Positions 61,871 through 64,000 of a DNA stretch of 64,000 nt are shown here, piece by piece. This DNA comes from Lama guanicoe. Its lineage: Eukaryota. A program made the position numbers and the translations under genes. Every line of letters starts with the position of its first letter. The first letter of the stretch is position 1. The stretch is taken from the NCBI GenBank assembly GCA_013239625.1, contig MU053369.1:97479-161478 (forward strand), read 5' to 3'. Under the pieces are notes generated by a model. It was not told the origin of the DNA. It searched no databases and was given only the letters and a program-made list of their open reading frames with translations.

Positions 61871-64000
61871 AAAAGCCCGCAGCTTTTAACGCCGACACCG
61901 TTCCAGCTGTCACTGCCTTTTATCTTCCCTTTCATGGTCGAGGTCCTCACAGTGCTCTCTGTTCCCCCTTTCATCTCCTTATCCTGAACCTTTCTCCTCC
62001 TCCCATCCAATGCTGCCTTCTACCCCGTGGCCCCTCTAGTCACCAGCGGCCTCTGGGTCACTGAATTGCTGGCACGGTCTCAGGCCCCAGCTCACCTGCC
62101 TGTCTGCCGCCTCTGCCACCGCTGGTGGGGCGGGGCGGGGGGGCAGAGGGCACCTCTTGTCCTAGAAGAGAACACAGCACAGACTCAGTGACCAGCAGCA
62201 GGTGTGGCCGGGACCTGCAGGACTGGGGGGAGAGCCAGACTGTCTGCATCCAGACCGGGGGCACTTGGAGTGTGAAGAAGCCCAGTCCTCACTGCCCCTG
62301 AAGTGAGGAAAACACCCTCAGGTGAGTTAAAGTGCTTATGACCTAGGTCTGTTGGCTGGAAAGGACAAACGGGCCCCTAAGGGGAGGGTAGTTGATGTTC
62401 CAGGCCCCACCAAGGCCCTAAGGGCTGGCGGGGAACCAGGCTGGACGCTCCACTGGACCCAGTGCCCCCTCGGGGGTGGGGCCTTCGGGAACAAGCAGAA
62501 AACCCTCGGTCTCTGGGGGGAACGGGGCAGTGTGGGAGCATCCCTGCAGCGAGTCAAGTGAAGTCAGGGCCTGTGGGATCCGTTTTCATGGCCACATCGA
62601 GCCTCAGCAGAAGCCACAGCAGGAGTGGATTCCTGTCTCTCCAGCTGCCATCGTATCTGAGTGCCAGGCTTCAGACCCAATCCCCTGGGGCTCTAGGACA
62701 GTTATAGACAGAGCCGGCTCAGGGAGGCCTCAAGAGGGCGGTACTGGCCTTCCTGCCGACATGATTACACGAAGATCAAACAATCCATCGATGGGAAGAA
62801 AATAAGAACCATGGTCACATCTGGACCCCAAGCTTAGACGTGGTGTATGGGTGACATTTATCGACAATCCAGCGAGGTTCTGGCCAGAGCTAGAGGCCAG
62901 GGCAGCAAGACGGGAGTGGCACTAAGGAGCATCGTGGCGCAGAGGCTGGACTGGGGGTCTGCAGGCTCCTCCCAGGAGGAGACTTAGTGTTTGGGAGGTG
63001 GCTAACATGTCTCCTTCGTGTCACCAGCAAGTGATGCCACCTGCAGAAAATCAGCTATAATCCTGAGCCGGATCAGCCCTGGGTGATGTGATAAAGGCTC
63101 CTACAAGAGGGGGCGACAGATGGATAGTGAGCCAACCAACAGGCTGATGAATTTCTGGCCTGTGTTTATCGGGCTTTCGTATCAAGAATGAGGAGAGAAT
63201 TGAATGGCTCACCATGAAGAGTTTAACAACTTAAGAAGGTTCCGTGTCTCACTCAGAGGAATTCTGGAGGTGTTTAGACCCAGTGGAGACTAACGTCCTC
63301 TTGGTTCCTCATCAACCTGGCAAACCCCCAGCCCTCTATGACCAGACCATGGCAAGTGCCTTCCCTTGTTATAACAAAAACCTTTCCACCCACACCTGTG
63401 GTAAGCTTTTATTTTTTTTTAATTAATGGGAAAGAAGATACCTTACAGCCTCCTCAGACCTCTCCTTAGGGCTTCTGTCCTTAGATCACGTCAAGGGGGC
63501 CTGCTGCCCTTGGTCCTGCACTACAGAGGGTCCCTCTGTCTCTGACACTTCCTCTGGCCACGCCCTCCATGGGGTGGAGTCAGCATGGCAAGGGGACATG
63601 GTCATTGGGTCCATCCCATGCTCTAGAAACCCAGGACCTCGAATGCCCTGCCTCAGCAGCCCCTGACCCATTTCTAGTTCCTGCACAGGCTCTCCCCGGA
63701 GTTCAGATCCCCAGGACTCACAGAGAGGCCAAAGGGCAGCTGTTTGCATAGAGGGTATGAGCAGAGCCCGGACGTGAGGACTGTGTCCCCCTGTGCACAT
63801 CCAAGGCCACTTGTGGCAAGGGATGGACCCAGCATTGGGAAGAAAAGGGTCAGGCTAGTGATCAGAGACTGGGAATCAGCTCTCCCCACACGCTCACTTT
63901 CTTTGCCGGACTTCCCTGTGTCTGGGAATTCTAAATTTGAACCCGGCCTTCCCCCTTATAATGAATGTATATTTGTAAAGGCAGGACTTTAGAACCTACT

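Noticed and set aside
63213..63316. Minus-strand exon candidate
   Set aside because: Weak acceptor, stops in all frames, no recognisable homology.

Overview
Mammalian genomic DNA, most likely camelid (four tRNA-Ala(AGC)-derived SINEs of the camelid type plus laurasiatherian-type L1 3' ends), from a gapped assembly with seven N-runs. I found no intact protein-coding gene. The window looks like a mosaic of DNA-level (unprocessed) duplicated gene fragments. It holds a decayed copy of the first coding exon of TRAPPC9 with its splice sites (34733-35305, -) and a decayed copy of POFUT2 exons 1-2 with CpG-island promoter and intron 1 (54865-56615, +). Several further minus-strand exon-like segments have no parent gene I can identify. 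Between the two recognised fragments lie a GC-rich ~161-bp satellite-like array with ~485-bp trimeric higher-order structure and minus-strand splice-donor motifs (39.55-41.7 kb), a degenerate (CCCTGCAC)n/CAGGG-type tract, and a ~240-bp tandem-repeat relic (52.9-53.5 kb). The layout resembles a pericentromeric or subtelomeric duplication hub, possibly making satellite-initiated chimeric transcripts (inference). The rest is ordinary L1, L2, MIR, LTR and hAT repeats and microsatellites. Gene identifications rest on my recall of the human proteins; no database search was run.
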